A stretch of DNA of 39,035 bases from a virus (Duplodnaviria > Caudoviricetes): IMG/VR virus record IMGVR_UViG_3300014201_000015, positions 1 through 39,035 of that record; one strand, 5' to 3'. The notes under the pieces are model-generated. The model ran no database searches and was not told the origin of the DNA. It saw only the letters and a list, made by a program, of their open reading frames with translations. This document shows positions 8,692-17,374 of the stretch, piece after piece. The position numbers and the translations under genes are program-made. How positions within the stretch are numbered: the first letter of the stretch is position 1; each line of letters begins with the position of its first letter.

Positions 8692-11600
8692 CTAGTTAAT
8701 GATTAACCAATTTACGTTCGAATTATCCCCGACATTGTCGGAAGTAATCGTGAAACTTACTCCTGCAGTGATCGTTCCTACAGAAAGATTTCCTAAAGTA
8801 CCTGAAGCTGCCGCACGGGAAAGAAAAATGTTGGACAATGCCGTCACCGCAGTAGTGGGAACAGTTACTGATCCACCAGCTAAAGGTGCGCTTGTTCCGA
8901 TAGAGGCATTGCTTCCAGTTGCTATCTCCAATTTCGATCCAGCCTGCATCAACTGCACATTTCCCTCTGCAGCAATCATGCCACTGATGGTCGTTCCCCA
9001 TGTGAGATTGGTAAGAGTGCCGCCAAAAGTCGCGTTATCCGGGAATTCCCCTCCTGTAACTTCGACAGGAGCCGATCCGCTGATTTCGAAAACGATAGAA
9101 TTAGAAGTATTAAAAACACAGTTGGCGAACGTGATCGGATTTGAGCCTGAACTTGATATCACAACAGTTGGACTAGGAGTTGCTGTGAAAAAATTGGAAT
9201 CATAGACATTAGAATAGGACGTTCCAGCTACTGTAAATCCCGCTCCGAAATAACTACCCGAAACGAAAGAGAATCCTTGGGATTGAGAAACAGGAGCGAT
9301 TATGACTGACGATTGTATTTCCGAGTTTCCTAGGGTCAATACATTCGCTGTTCCGTAACCTACATCTGCGCAATGATGAAAAAGACAGCTAGCTCCGGAT
9401 CCGGTGAAGAATCCGTCTGCCATTCCTCCTGAAGGAAGAATACTTCCACAATTTTCGAAGTCGACTGTACCTGATGTCCAATTAGGAATACTGAGCAGAT
9501 AGCCATTCGTGACCTCACTGAGCACATTTATGAATGCCATATTTGCCGTTCCAGCGGCTGTGCTAGAAATAGCATTCCCAGAAGTAGCCGTAAATTGAAT
9601 ATTGCCAAACATCATGGGTCCAGTAGAAGCGGCGGTATGATTTCCTATGATATTCACAGAGGATTGCGTTGCAGTTCCCCCTAATATTCTAACAAGATTT
9701 CCAGAACCTATGAGAGCTACGTTAGCAGCTAAAGTAAGATTTTCTGTATATGTTCCTGGCTGGATCCAAACAGTTCCTCCACCAGCTCCACTCGCGGCAG
9801 TAATAGCGGACTGAATTGTCTGATAGCCGGCTTGACCTACAGGACCTACAATGTAAGGAGATACGGGGAAAGCTCCAGCAGTTGGGGTAATGGTAAGAGT
9901 ACTACCACTTCCAACTACATTGTAAAGATCTCCTAATCCCTTGAGATTGATATTTCCAGCAGTCGGAGAAATAGCACCTCCGGAATCTCCAGTAATCGTA
10001 GTGACCCCTGCACCTGATGCGGAAGTAAATTGTTCAGCAATCCATATTGTTCCATTAAATGTGAGGTCCAATAAACCATAATTCGTGGTGATGAGTTGTG
10101 TAGCGGCAGAAGATCCATAAGCTGCAATATTATTGCCATTACCGCTGACTGTTATGTTGTTGGTTCCAGCATTTCCACTAGCGTCGGCTATTATGAGATG
10201 CGATCCTTTAGTAGCAAGAGCAGGAAGTGTAATCGTGATCGCGCCACCAGAACTATTGACTGCCAGGTAAAAATCAGTAGCCGAGACGGAATAAGGAGAA
10301 GCAGCAAAATTGACAGAAGTGTTTACGAATCCAGTTTGTGAACCGATAATCGTGGTATTTCCTGTTTTTGAAGATCCCCATGTGAGATTAGTTTGAGCCC
10401 CTACAATCGATGCATTGCTCGTGAATTCCGCACCGGTAATATTTAAATATGGAGTTCCCGTTAAAGAAATACATGCTGATCCAGGAGGAGCATTGAATTC
10501 ACAGTTTACAAATTGAGCAGCTGTTACGTTGGAAGAATTGTAATTTAGCGCTGGAAGAGCAGAAGGATTAGCAAAATGACAATTATAAAAAGTTCCGGTA
10601 GCAGTCGTATTTACAGTTAAGGAGTAACTAAATAATGTATCCTGTACTGAAGAAGCTCCAGAATTGATCGCAACCGGCACGCCAAATAAAGTTCCAAGAC
10701 AAAGAGATAGATTGGCAACAGAAAACGAATTTCCCGAATTTCCTCCATATCCTAAAGATATACAAGAATCTAAATAAACGGATGCATTGATCGCATTGAC
10801 CACTCCATCCGTAGTTCCTCCGCTAGCTGGAGTAGATACGCAATTCAAGAAAATGAATGTACTTCCAGAAGTCCAGTTGGGAAGATTTAACGTATATCCA
10901 TTGAAAGCTGATAAAATTACTGTATCAAACGTGAAATTGGATGAACCAGCTGCAGCACTCGTAAAAATGCTTCCGGAAGAGGAAGTCAGTACTAGATCCT
11001 TAAAGGCCATGTATGAGCCAGAAGCGGTCAGAGGAGTATGAGTTCCACTGATAATCACAGAACCTTCAGGAGAAGATCCCGAACCAATCAATGTCACGTT
11101 ATTTGAGAAGGTGAGATTTTCTGTATATGTTCCCGGCTGAATCCAGATTGTAGCTCCGGCTTCTGCGGCAGCCGCTGTAATCGCTGATTGAATAGTTTGA
11201 TATCCTGCCTGTCCAACTGGCCCAACTATATAGGGAGAAACGGGGAAAGCACCTGGAGTCGGAGTAATTGTAAGAGTATTACCGCTTCCAACTACACTGT
11301 AGAGATCTCCCAGACCTTTGATATTGATTGCACCTGAAACAGGAGTCGCTGTTCCACTGTCTCCGTTGAAAGTAGTCGCTGTTGAACCAGAACTAGTCAA
11401 AGTGAGCGTGCCCGTGGTTCCAACGAAAGTATAGCCGCTTGTTCCTCCAGAGATGTCAATATTTCCTGAAACAGGAGAAATGGCTCCTCCTGAATCTCCC
11501 GTCAAAGTATCGATAGCGGGAGATGCAGTACTAGAAATCGTTAAAGTAGAGCCAGCACCAGCTACCGCAATAGAACCCGATCCTACAACGTTAATATTTC

Positions 11601-12144
11601 CAGCGGATGGAGAAAGAGGACCTCCAGTATTTCCTGTTAAGGTATCAACTCCTGTATTGTTGATCGTAACAGTAGAGCCAGTAGCAGTCGTAGAAATCCC
11701 TGTTCCTCCTAATATATTGATATTACCACCAGATTCTGTCGCGACTCCTGAATTCCCGGTGAACGTATTGGCTCCTGAACCGGTATTAGTAATCGTTAGA
11801 GTACTGCCGGCACCAGAAGTAGTGATGCCCGTTCCACCTACGATATCTACAGCACCGCTCAATGGAGGTCCGGAATTACCTGTAATCGAATTGACACCAG
11901 AACCACCACCACCAGTAGAGGTCCAATCTGCAGCTAAAGTTCCGCCGATAGTGCTCAGTGATGTCAGAATATAAGAAGTATTGGCAGCTGTATTGACCCA
12001 GATCTGGCCGATTTTCAGTGTTCCCGCTGGTCCGGATACATCAGTGGAAGTTGGATTTCTGGTCTCTACAATGGTAAGGACGCCTGCAGAAGCTAATGAA
12101 GTAGCACTCGCTCCTATTCCATATAGACTGGCATTTGATGACAT
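8692..12144 (-). CDS. Large tailspike-like protein B with two beta-helix domains and longer repeat stalk
   Basis: Two YQTIQSAITAA...QPGTYTENL motifs; multiple TxTG[ND]SG..SP..GNINxxG repeats; AGGAG SD. Confidence 0.75.
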   Translation of the reverse strand: MSSNASLYGIGASATSLASAGVLTIVETRNPTSTDVSGPAGTLKIGQIWVNTAANTSYILTSLSTIGGTLAADWTSTGGGGSGVNSITGNSGPPLSGAVDIVGGTGITTSGAGSTLTITNTGSGANTFTGNSGVATESGGNINILGGTGISTTATGSTVTINNTGVDTLTGNTGGPLSPSAGNINVVGSGSIAVAGAGSTLTISSTASPAIDTLTGDSGGAISPVSGNIDISGGTSGYTFVGTTGTLTLTSSGSTATTFNGDSGTATPVSGAINIKGLGDLYSVVGSGNTLTITPTPGAFPVSPYIVGPVGQAGYQTIQSAITAAAAEAGATIWIQPGTYTENLTFSNNVTLIGSGSSPEGSVIISGTHTPLTASGSYMAFKDLVLTSSSGSIFTSAAAGSSNFTFDTVILSAFNGYTLNLPNWTSGSTFIFLNCVSTPASGGTTDGVVNAINASVYLDSCISLGYGGNSGNSFSVANLSLCLGTLFGVPVAINSGASSVQDTLFSYSLTVNTTATGTFYNCHFANPSALPALNYNSSNVTAAQFVNCEFNAPPGSACISLTGTPYLNITGAEFTSNASIVGAQTNLTWGSSKTGNTTIIGSQTGFVNTSVNFAASPYSVSATDFYLAVNSSGGAITITLPALATKGSHLIIADASGNAGTNNITVSGNGNNIAAYGSSAATQLITTNYGLLDLTFNGTIWIAEQFTSASGAGVTTITGDSGGAISPTAGNINLKGLGDLYNVVGSGSTLTITPTAGAFPVSPYIVGPVGQAGYQTIQSAITAASGAGGGTVWIQPGTYTENLTLAANVALIGSGNLVRILGGTATQSSVNIIGNHTAASTGPMMFGNIQFTATSGNAISSTAAGTANMAFINVLSEVTNGYLLSIPNWTSGTVDFENCGSILPSGGMADGFFTGSGASCLFHHCADVGYGTANVLTLGNSEIQSSVIIAPVSQSQGFSFVSGSYFGAGFTVAGTSYSNVYDSNFFTATPSPTVVISSSGSNPITFANCVFNTSNSIVFEISGSAPVEVTGGEFPDNATFGGTLTNLTWGTTISGMIAAEGNVQLMQAGSKLEIATGSNASIGTSAPLAGGSVTVPTTAVTALSNIFLSRAAASGTLGNLSVGTITAGVSFTITSDNVGDNSNVNWLIIN

Positions 12145-12304
12145 TTTCTGCTCCTGAGAGGTTGTCTTATATATTAAAAAATTTAGTTGGTGAAGGAAAT
12201 TAGCGCAAACGAAATGTGTTGATTTTTTAAAGTAATTTTTCCGACTTACTTAAAAACTGCTATTTATGTCATAATGAATGTAAATTTAAGGTAATTTGGC
12301 TGTC

Positions 12305-12439
12305 ATGAATATCATAGATTTTCTAACATACAAGTCTTGGTGGGCTCAAATCTTCTTATACAACATGAAAAAGGAAGATGCGCGTAGACTCTACTCAGAT
12401 TGGAAAATGTATGAAGAACTATGCCGATTAGATGGATAG
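12305..12439 (+). CDS. Hypothetical microprotein (44 aa, not in ORF track)
   Basis: MNIIDFLTYKSWWAQIFLYNMKKEDARRLYSDWKMYEELCRLDG; downstream of TGn-CATAAT; weak SD. Confidence 0.4.
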   Translation: MNIIDFLTYKSWWAQIFLYNMKKEDARRLYSDWKMYEELCRLDG

Positions 12440-12549
12440 TCGTCTTTTGGATATGTATTTTCGCACTGATGATCGCACTGTCTTTCTATCAGTGGAAACA
12501 TCCAGAGAGTGGTCCATGGAAAGATATGCAAAATGTGATGAGGGATTGA
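12421..12549 (+). CDS. Single-TM microprotein (42 aa, not in ORF track)
   Basis: MPIRWIVVFWICIFALMIALSFYQWKHPESGPWKDMQNVMRD. Confidence 0.55.
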   Translation: MPIRWIVVFWICIFALMIALSFYQWKHPESGPWKDMQNVMRD

Positions 12550-12553
12550 AAGA

Positions 12554-12766
12554 ATGGATTGGATTCAAGTCATTGTAATGGTATTTGGCAATGCTGCATG
12601 GATTCTTCCTATGTTCTTTTGGGTAAGATCTGAGTCCAGAGCTGATATTCGTCATATGGACACTAAATTAGACGCAATTCGTGAATTGACTTTCGCGATT
12701 CATATGGAAGTGAAAGATTTCCATTCTAGACTTTATGAGCTAGAAAACAAGAAAAATAAAGAATGA
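12554..12766 (+). CDS. Membrane-anchored coiled-coil protein (70 aa)
   Basis: Hydrophobic N-terminus then heptad-like region ending MEVKDFHSRLYELE. Confidence 0.75.
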   Translation: MDWIQVIVMVFGNAAWILPMFFWVRSESRADIRHMDTKLDAIRELTFAIHMEVKDFHSRLYELENKKNKE

Positions 12767-12780
12767 ATGAGGAGTAAGAT

Positions 12781-12837
12781 ATGTGGTGGTGTTTTGGCGT
12801 TCTTTTAATATTATTCGCGACATGGTTACAGGATTAA
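12781..12837 (+). CDS. 18-aa hydrophobic micropeptide (not in ORF track)
   Basis: MWWCFGVLLILFATWLQD preceded by strong GAGGAG SD. Confidence 0.5.
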   Translation: MWWCFGVLLILFATWLQD

Positions 12838-12905
12838 TCTTCTTCAGTCTTTTTTATAATCTATAGTTAGTAGTTCGATAACTTTGTTAATTTATTGAGG
12901 AAGAT

Positions 12906-13058
12906 ATGGTCTATTTATGCGTATTTTTGGCCTTTTGTCTAGGAGTAGCTATTTCTGAAAAAGAAGAAAAAATTGATTCGATTAATGATTACGATGATTA
13001 CGATTTCGACATGGAAAAATATTTAGAAGAAAAAGAACATATTGAGAAAGGAATGTAA
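12906..13058 (+). CDS. Single-TM microprotein with acidic tail (50 aa, not in ORF track)
   Basis: MVYLCVFLAFCLGVAISEKEEKIDSINDYDDYDFDMEKYLEEKEHIEKGM; GAGGA SD. Confidence 0.6.
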   Translation: MVYLCVFLAFCLGVAISEKEEKIDSINDYDDYDFDMEKYLEEKEHIEKGM

Positions 13059-13059
13059 G

Positions 13060-13173
13060 ATGGGCGAGATGATAGTAATTTTTTTATTCATGATTGTGTG
13101 GCCAATCTTTATGGAATATGGAGAAAATAAATATGACGAGGATGAAGAAGCTTGGAACGATTGCAGATGGTAA
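13060..13173 (+). CDS. Single-TM microprotein with acidic tail (37 aa, not in ORF track)
   Basis: MGEMIVIFLFMIVWPIFMEYGENKYDEDEEAWNDCRW; AAGGA SD; stops 3 nt from convergent gene. Confidence 0.6.
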   Translation: MGEMIVIFLFMIVWPIFMEYGENKYDEDEEAWNDCRW

Positions 13174-13176
13174 TTC

Positions 13177-14517
13177 TTATTCAGGCCATTCGATCTGTTC
13201 GTATTCTTCAGGCAGATCTTTTCTAACTTTTTCTTTCAAACTCTGTAAAATGGCAGCTGAAGCTTTATATTTTCCATTTTTGACGGAAGTGAAAATTTTT
13301 CCATGAATATTCTGCCATTTGGGATCAGTTAGCAATTTAGTAGCTATCTTACTGAGTGCTTTTTTCCCTGCGGCACCGAGTGCAAGTTTCGAAGACAAAC
13401 CGAAATTTCCAGTCAAAAGAGATCCTAAAAATGCTGTTCCTGCACCGTAATTAATGAAATCATAGATCTTATTGGCGCCTAAAGTTTTTTGTATAGATTT
13501 GACATGAGAATAGAGCCTGTTTGTATCTTCGAAATCCTTGGCTAATGTCGGAGAACTTTCTTTTAAAGCATCTTTAACAAAAGATTTCATCTCAGCAAGA
13601 TACTTTTTGCCTCCATGGACAGCTTTCCAATTGATTGTCTTATTTATATCTTGATAAAAATTGATCAATTCTTCTGGAGTAGCTCCAAAATTCATTAACT
13701 GATCCTCTGCCTTTTCGATGAATGAAATGGCTGATTGTTTCTCTGCAGAAGGAGCCAACGTTTTTTGCAAACTATTACTCATTTTCGACAAATTGACCCT
13801 CAGTTTCTCTTCCACTTTTGAAGGAATCTGTTCTAGCGAAGCTCCTCTGGTTTTTAAAGAGTCATATATACCAGACACAGCATCTTCTGAAAGTTTAAGG
13901 TTACGGGCAGCCTCTTCTGATTTTTTGGCTAAAGTCGCTAATACATCCTTTGATATTTTCCCATGCAATAAAGGAGTCAGATCCTTTTCTGCCATTCCTA
14001 ATCTTTTGCCTGCTTGGTAGATAGCTTTGGCCTTTCTAGGATCTACTGCTTTAGCTTTGCCTAAGGGAATAGGAGTCACAAGCGATGTTAAAAGTCCTAA
14101 ATTATCTTCCCATTCTCTTTCTTTGGCTGTCTTCGGCTTGGTAGAAGGAAAAATATTCTCGATTCCTTCTATAAATTTCTGAGAAGTGAAAGGATTCTCT
14201 GTGATTTCTTTTAATTCTTCTTCCGATTTAGGAGATCCTCCAGGAACATGTTTTGCCAACCAATTGAGTCCAGTCCCTGAAGATCCAACAATATCTCCTG
14301 GCAATCCAGCAATTGTAGATCCAATCACTTTGCCACTTCTTCCGGCCAATCTTTTCATTTCTGGGACTTTAGATGGTCCCTTTACTTTTTTCCCCATGCC
14401 TAATTTCGGAAAGGTTAATGAGGAATCTTCTTCCAAATCAGAAAAAAATCCTCCCGAAGGCGTCAACTCGGAATCATTTTGTGGAGAAATTTGATCCAAA
14501 TCAGAAAAAAATGGCAT
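13177..14517 (-). CDS. Putative DNA ejection/internal virion protein (446 aa)
   Basis: Helical, Lys-rich, FFSDL N-terminal repeats, Gly/Ala hydrophobic segment near C-terminus; position of P22 ejection genes. Confidence 0.6.
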   Translation of the reverse strand: MPFFSDLDQISPQNDSELTPSGGFFSDLEEDSSLTFPKLGMGKKVKGPSKVPEMKRLAGRSGKVIGSTIAGLPGDIVGSSGTGLNWLAKHVPGGSPKSEEELKEITENPFTSQKFIEGIENIFPSTKPKTAKEREWEDNLGLLTSLVTPIPLGKAKAVDPRKAKAIYQAGKRLGMAEKDLTPLLHGKISKDVLATLAKKSEEAARNLKLSEDAVSGIYDSLKTRGASLEQIPSKVEEKLRVNLSKMSNSLQKTLAPSAEKQSAISFIEKAEDQLMNFGATPEELINFYQDINKTINWKAVHGGKKYLAEMKSFVKDALKESSPTLAKDFEDTNRLYSHVKSIQKTLGANKIYDFINYGAGTAFLGSLLTGNFGLSSKLALGAAGKKALSKIATKLLTDPKWQNIHGKIFTSVKNGKYKASAAILQSLKEKVRKDLPEEYEQIEWPE

Positions 14518-15212
14518 TACTCTTCTCTAAAATGTTTGGATAATTCTTGTATCACTTTTTTTCTATCATTCTTGAATTTCTTCATCAAAGCATCTCTAGT
14601 TTTCTTATGCGAAGGATTGGAGATATCAAAAACAGGTTTTTCTGATTCCTGGAAAGATTCTGTCCCTCCCGATTGCTCGAGCGATCTTCCAAACAAATCT
14701 TCTAGGCCATTTAGAGCACCTTCCAATTGAGAGGGACTGGAACTTGGATCGGTAATGATTTTGCGATATTCATCAAATTCTCTTTGGTTTCTGACGGGAA
14801 CACCTGCTGCTACCAAGGGAATGAGACTTCTGCCCAACGATTCCAATTCTGCACGTTGTTTTTGTGTTTCTCCTGGCACAAGAGACTTTAATTTTGTTAA
14901 AGGAGATGAAGTCCAGCCGCCGACCGAAGACATCAGTTCGCGCATTTTATTTATTGTTCCAAGACCAAGTTGCAATGCATTTTCTTTCTCTAATTGCTTC
15001 TGAGCTTTCCCAGTAACATGAGTTTTGATGAATTCTCTCTTAAGATCAGGAGATAATCCGGAGAGATCCTGTCCAATAAGATGTTTAATTGCTTCATTTT
15101 CGGCATATTGACCAGCTAATCCTGGAATCTGTTGTCCCATATTGCCAAAAGCTTCTGCAAATCTTTCGCCAGTAGATGGATTTCTGGGAGGTCTATCTAA
15201 AATCTGTACCAT
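14517..15212 (-). CDS. Putative DNA ejection/internal virion protein (231 aa)
   Basis: Helical protein; TAATG-coupled to next gene; synteny. Confidence 0.55.
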   Translation of the reverse strand: MVQILDRPPRNPSTGERFAEAFGNMGQQIPGLAGQYAENEAIKHLIGQDLSGLSPDLKREFIKTHVTGKAQKQLEKENALQLGLGTINKMRELMSSVGGWTSSPLTKLKSLVPGETQKQRAELESLGRSLIPLVAAGVPVRNQREFDEYRKIITDPSSSPSQLEGALNGLEDLFGRSLEQSGGTESFQESEKPVFDISNPSHKKTRDALMKKFKNDRKKVIQELSKHFREE

Positions 15213-15221
15213 AAATTTTCC

Positions 15222-15812
15222 TTATAAAAATGAACGTCCAGCTCCAGCACCCAATTGTCCTCCTAAGAGAGCTCCTGCTGGCCCTCCAAAAAGTCCTCCT
15301 AATCCAGCTCCAGCTCCAGGAAGTATCCCTCCTAATAGTTTTTGCCAAATATTAGGTTTACGTTGTCTTTCAGTCAGCATCATCTCATAAGGATCGTTAT
15401 GCATGAGATCTCCGTAGATTCCCAACAACCTATCAATCGCACTTTGTTGTAACCCAAGTCTCTGAGATTGAAGTCTTTCTGATAGATCGGTTGCTGCTCC
15501 AGTTGCAGCATTTTGGAATCCGCTGGAATGACGAGCTCCAGATCCCATACCAGAGAAACGAGAAGCTAAATTTCCTTGCAGTGCATTAAATTGGCGAAGT
15601 GCCGGCGCCTCGAGAGCTGCAAAATGACTTTGATCACCTCTTGCTAAATCAGAGAGATGCCCTAATCCGGCTTCCACACCGCCTTGACTTCCTCCCATAA
15701 GTTGCTCCCATAAGGCGCGTACTTGTGGAGACATTCTCGGCGTCTGAACTACATCATAACCAGACTGTTTAGGAGAGAGAGCCCCTGTTGGTCCATAACC
15801 TGACATTGCCAT
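15222..15812 (-). CDS. Putative ejection protein (P22 gp7-like position)
   Basis: Gly/Ala/Gln-rich with C-terminal glycine-zipper GAGAGLGGLFGGPAGALLGG; GAGGT SD. Confidence 0.6.
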   Translation of the reverse strand: MAMSGYGPTGALSPKQSGYDVVQTPRMSPQVRALWEQLMGGSQGGVEAGLGHLSDLARGDQSHFAALEAPALRQFNALQGNLASRFSGMGSGARHSSGFQNAATGAATDLSERLQSQRLGLQQSAIDRLLGIYGDLMHNDPYEMMLTERQRKPNIWQKLLGGILPGAGAGLGGLFGGPAGALLGGQLGAGAGRSFL

Positions 15813-15853
15813 ATATACCTCGTTTTCCCGAGGATATCACTAAAAGAAATTGT

Positions 15854-16063
15854 TTACACTTTCTTGTCAGCATATTTAATGTCAAGAGGTGGTAATAGAG
15901 GTTCTCTAGGTTTTAAATGACTAAGAATCCCTGGAGGAGCTTCAATAACTCGAGGCGTGGGAACTTTTTCCTGAGTAAAAGGACTTAAATCAGCAAAAGC
16001 TTCATCAAGAGCAATCCGAAGAATTTCTGGACTCTGATTTGGGGAATTGCATGGTGTAATCAT
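15854..16063 (-). CDS. Pro-rich hypothetical (moron)
   Basis: AGGA SD; inserted between tail and ejection genes. Confidence 0.5.
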   Translation of the reverse strand: MITPCNSPNQSPEILRIALDEAFADLSPFTQEKVPTPRVIEAPPGILSHLKPREPLLPPLDIKYADKKV

Positions 16064-16177
16064 ATTTTCCTAGGTTGATTGTCAAAAAGTCGATGATGCT
16101 ACACCGAACACAAAAAATAGAGAACTAAATTAAGTCCTTGATATAGGATCGTCTCTCTCATTTTACGGGGAGTTATT

Positions 16178-16468
16178 GTGGAATCGCCGATCAATCCTGA
16201 ACCTCCAGTTCTTTCATTCTGGAGCGAAACTTTTGGCTCATGGGCACCAGTAGATCAGTTGGGAATGGGTCGAGTATCAAAAGCGACATCTGAAGTGCGT
16301 TCTAGCTGGAATCAAGCTTGGGAAAGGCACTGGTATTACAGATCAATGGAATCCAGATGTTACCAAAGTGTAGGAATGGTTCCTCTTTTTCCTACTATCC
16401 TCAGTATTTTGCCATGTTACATGACGGGAGGGACTTGCCGTGCAACCGCTCGTCTCATGGGAGCTTAA
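16178..16468 (+). CDS. Hypothetical protein with C-terminal hydrophobic segment (moron)
   Basis: GGGGAG SD before GTG; opposite strand to structural genes. Confidence 0.55.
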   Translation: MESPINPEPPVLSFWSETFGSWAPVDQLGMGRVSKATSEVRSSWNQAWERHWYYRSMESRCYQSVGMVPLFPTILSILPCYMTGGTCRATARLMGA

Positions 16469-16469
16469 A

Positions 16470-16907
16470 ATGGATAATAAAGTCACAGTATGCGTTCACA
16501 CTAATTCATTTTTCCCTTTGCAAATCATTCAGGATAAAGTCTCGGAGACGGTAAAAAAAGTTCAGACATATATGGATCGTTTTGGAGAGAGAATCGGCAA
16601 AGAACTCTGTGGTTTAGGAATTCTTGCCGCAGCTCATGGGAATTCTATTCCTCTTTCTTTTGAAGAAGTGACATTGCGATATGGATTACAGCACTTACTC
16701 TTAAAAACTGGACTGCAACAGGGCTGTAAGAAACTAGGATGGGAAAGAACAGCTTCTTTCTTAGATTCTAAAGTATGGACTGCCACTCGAATAGGAATTG
16801 CTTCAGCGATTTTTTCGTTAGTGCATTCGAACAATAAGGTTTCTCTGATGACTCACGGTCTTTTGATTGGAACTCTTTTTGAAACAGCCCGAAAAGGACC
16901 ATTTTAA
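16470..16907 (+). CDS. CPBP (CAAX protease/Abi) family intramembrane protease-like, C-terminally short
   Basis: EExxxR (FEEVTLR) and FxxxH (FSLVH) motifs; GGGAG SD before ATG 16470; final HxxxN motif not seen. Confidence 0.65.
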   Translation: MDNKVTVCVHTNSFFPLQIIQDKVSETVKKVQTYMDRFGERIGKELCGLGILAAAHGNSIPLSFEEVTLRYGLQHLLLKTGLQQGCKKLGWERTASFLDSKVWTATRIGIASAIFSLVHSNNKVSLMTHGLLIGTLFETARKGPF

Positions 16908-17374
16908 ACCTGACTTAACCACTCGACCACAATAATTCCTGAATTAATCGCAGGAGCACTGGTTCCTTTTGTGACAATAATTTGTGTCATATTTATGGTG
17001 ACAGTAATTTGGTTCGTAATCGATACCACATCGACCCAAGGAAGCGGATGCCATAGAGTTCCATCGAAGAAAGTTCCCCAAATTCGGGTGAAATAAGTAA
17101 TTCCTGTGAGATTGATGCCATGAGTAATCACTAACATCGCATCGCTGAACTGAAAAGCCTTTCTTAACGACTGTTGCCTGTCAGAAGAGCCATTGAAATA
17201 CCATGATTCACCAGTAAGAGTCGTAGAATCTCCATAAATGCCACTGGTGCGACTATTGACCTGCGAGGCTATATCGACATAGCTTTTGCTCAATTCGACC
17301 GTCAGAGCTTGAATATCGCTAGGAAAATTTCTACTCGTTCGTAAAAAGTTACCCGGATTAGCTACGCTGCTCAT
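16904..17374 (-). CDS. Tail-associated structural protein
   Basis: ATGA-coupled to nozzle gene; beta-rich C-terminus. Confidence 0.55.
   Translation of the reverse strand: MSSVANPGNFLRTSRNFPSDIQALTVELSKSYVDIASQVNSRTSGIYGDSTTLTGESWYFNGSSDRQQSLRKAFQFSDAMLVITHGINLTGITYFTRIWGTFFDGTLWHPLPWVDVVSITNQITVTINMTQIIVTKGTSAPAINSGIIVVEWLSQV

Noticed and set aside
1090-11974. Many alternative-frame and antisense ORFs over fibre genes (e.g. 1090-1404, 8699-9205, 11453-11974)
   Set aside because: Expected from Gly/Thr/Ser codon bias; no SD or independent motifs
13094-13306. 70-aa plus ORF in track
   Set aside because: Overlaps the ejection gene antisense; the other frame (13060-13173) has an SD and a coherent TM plus acidic tail
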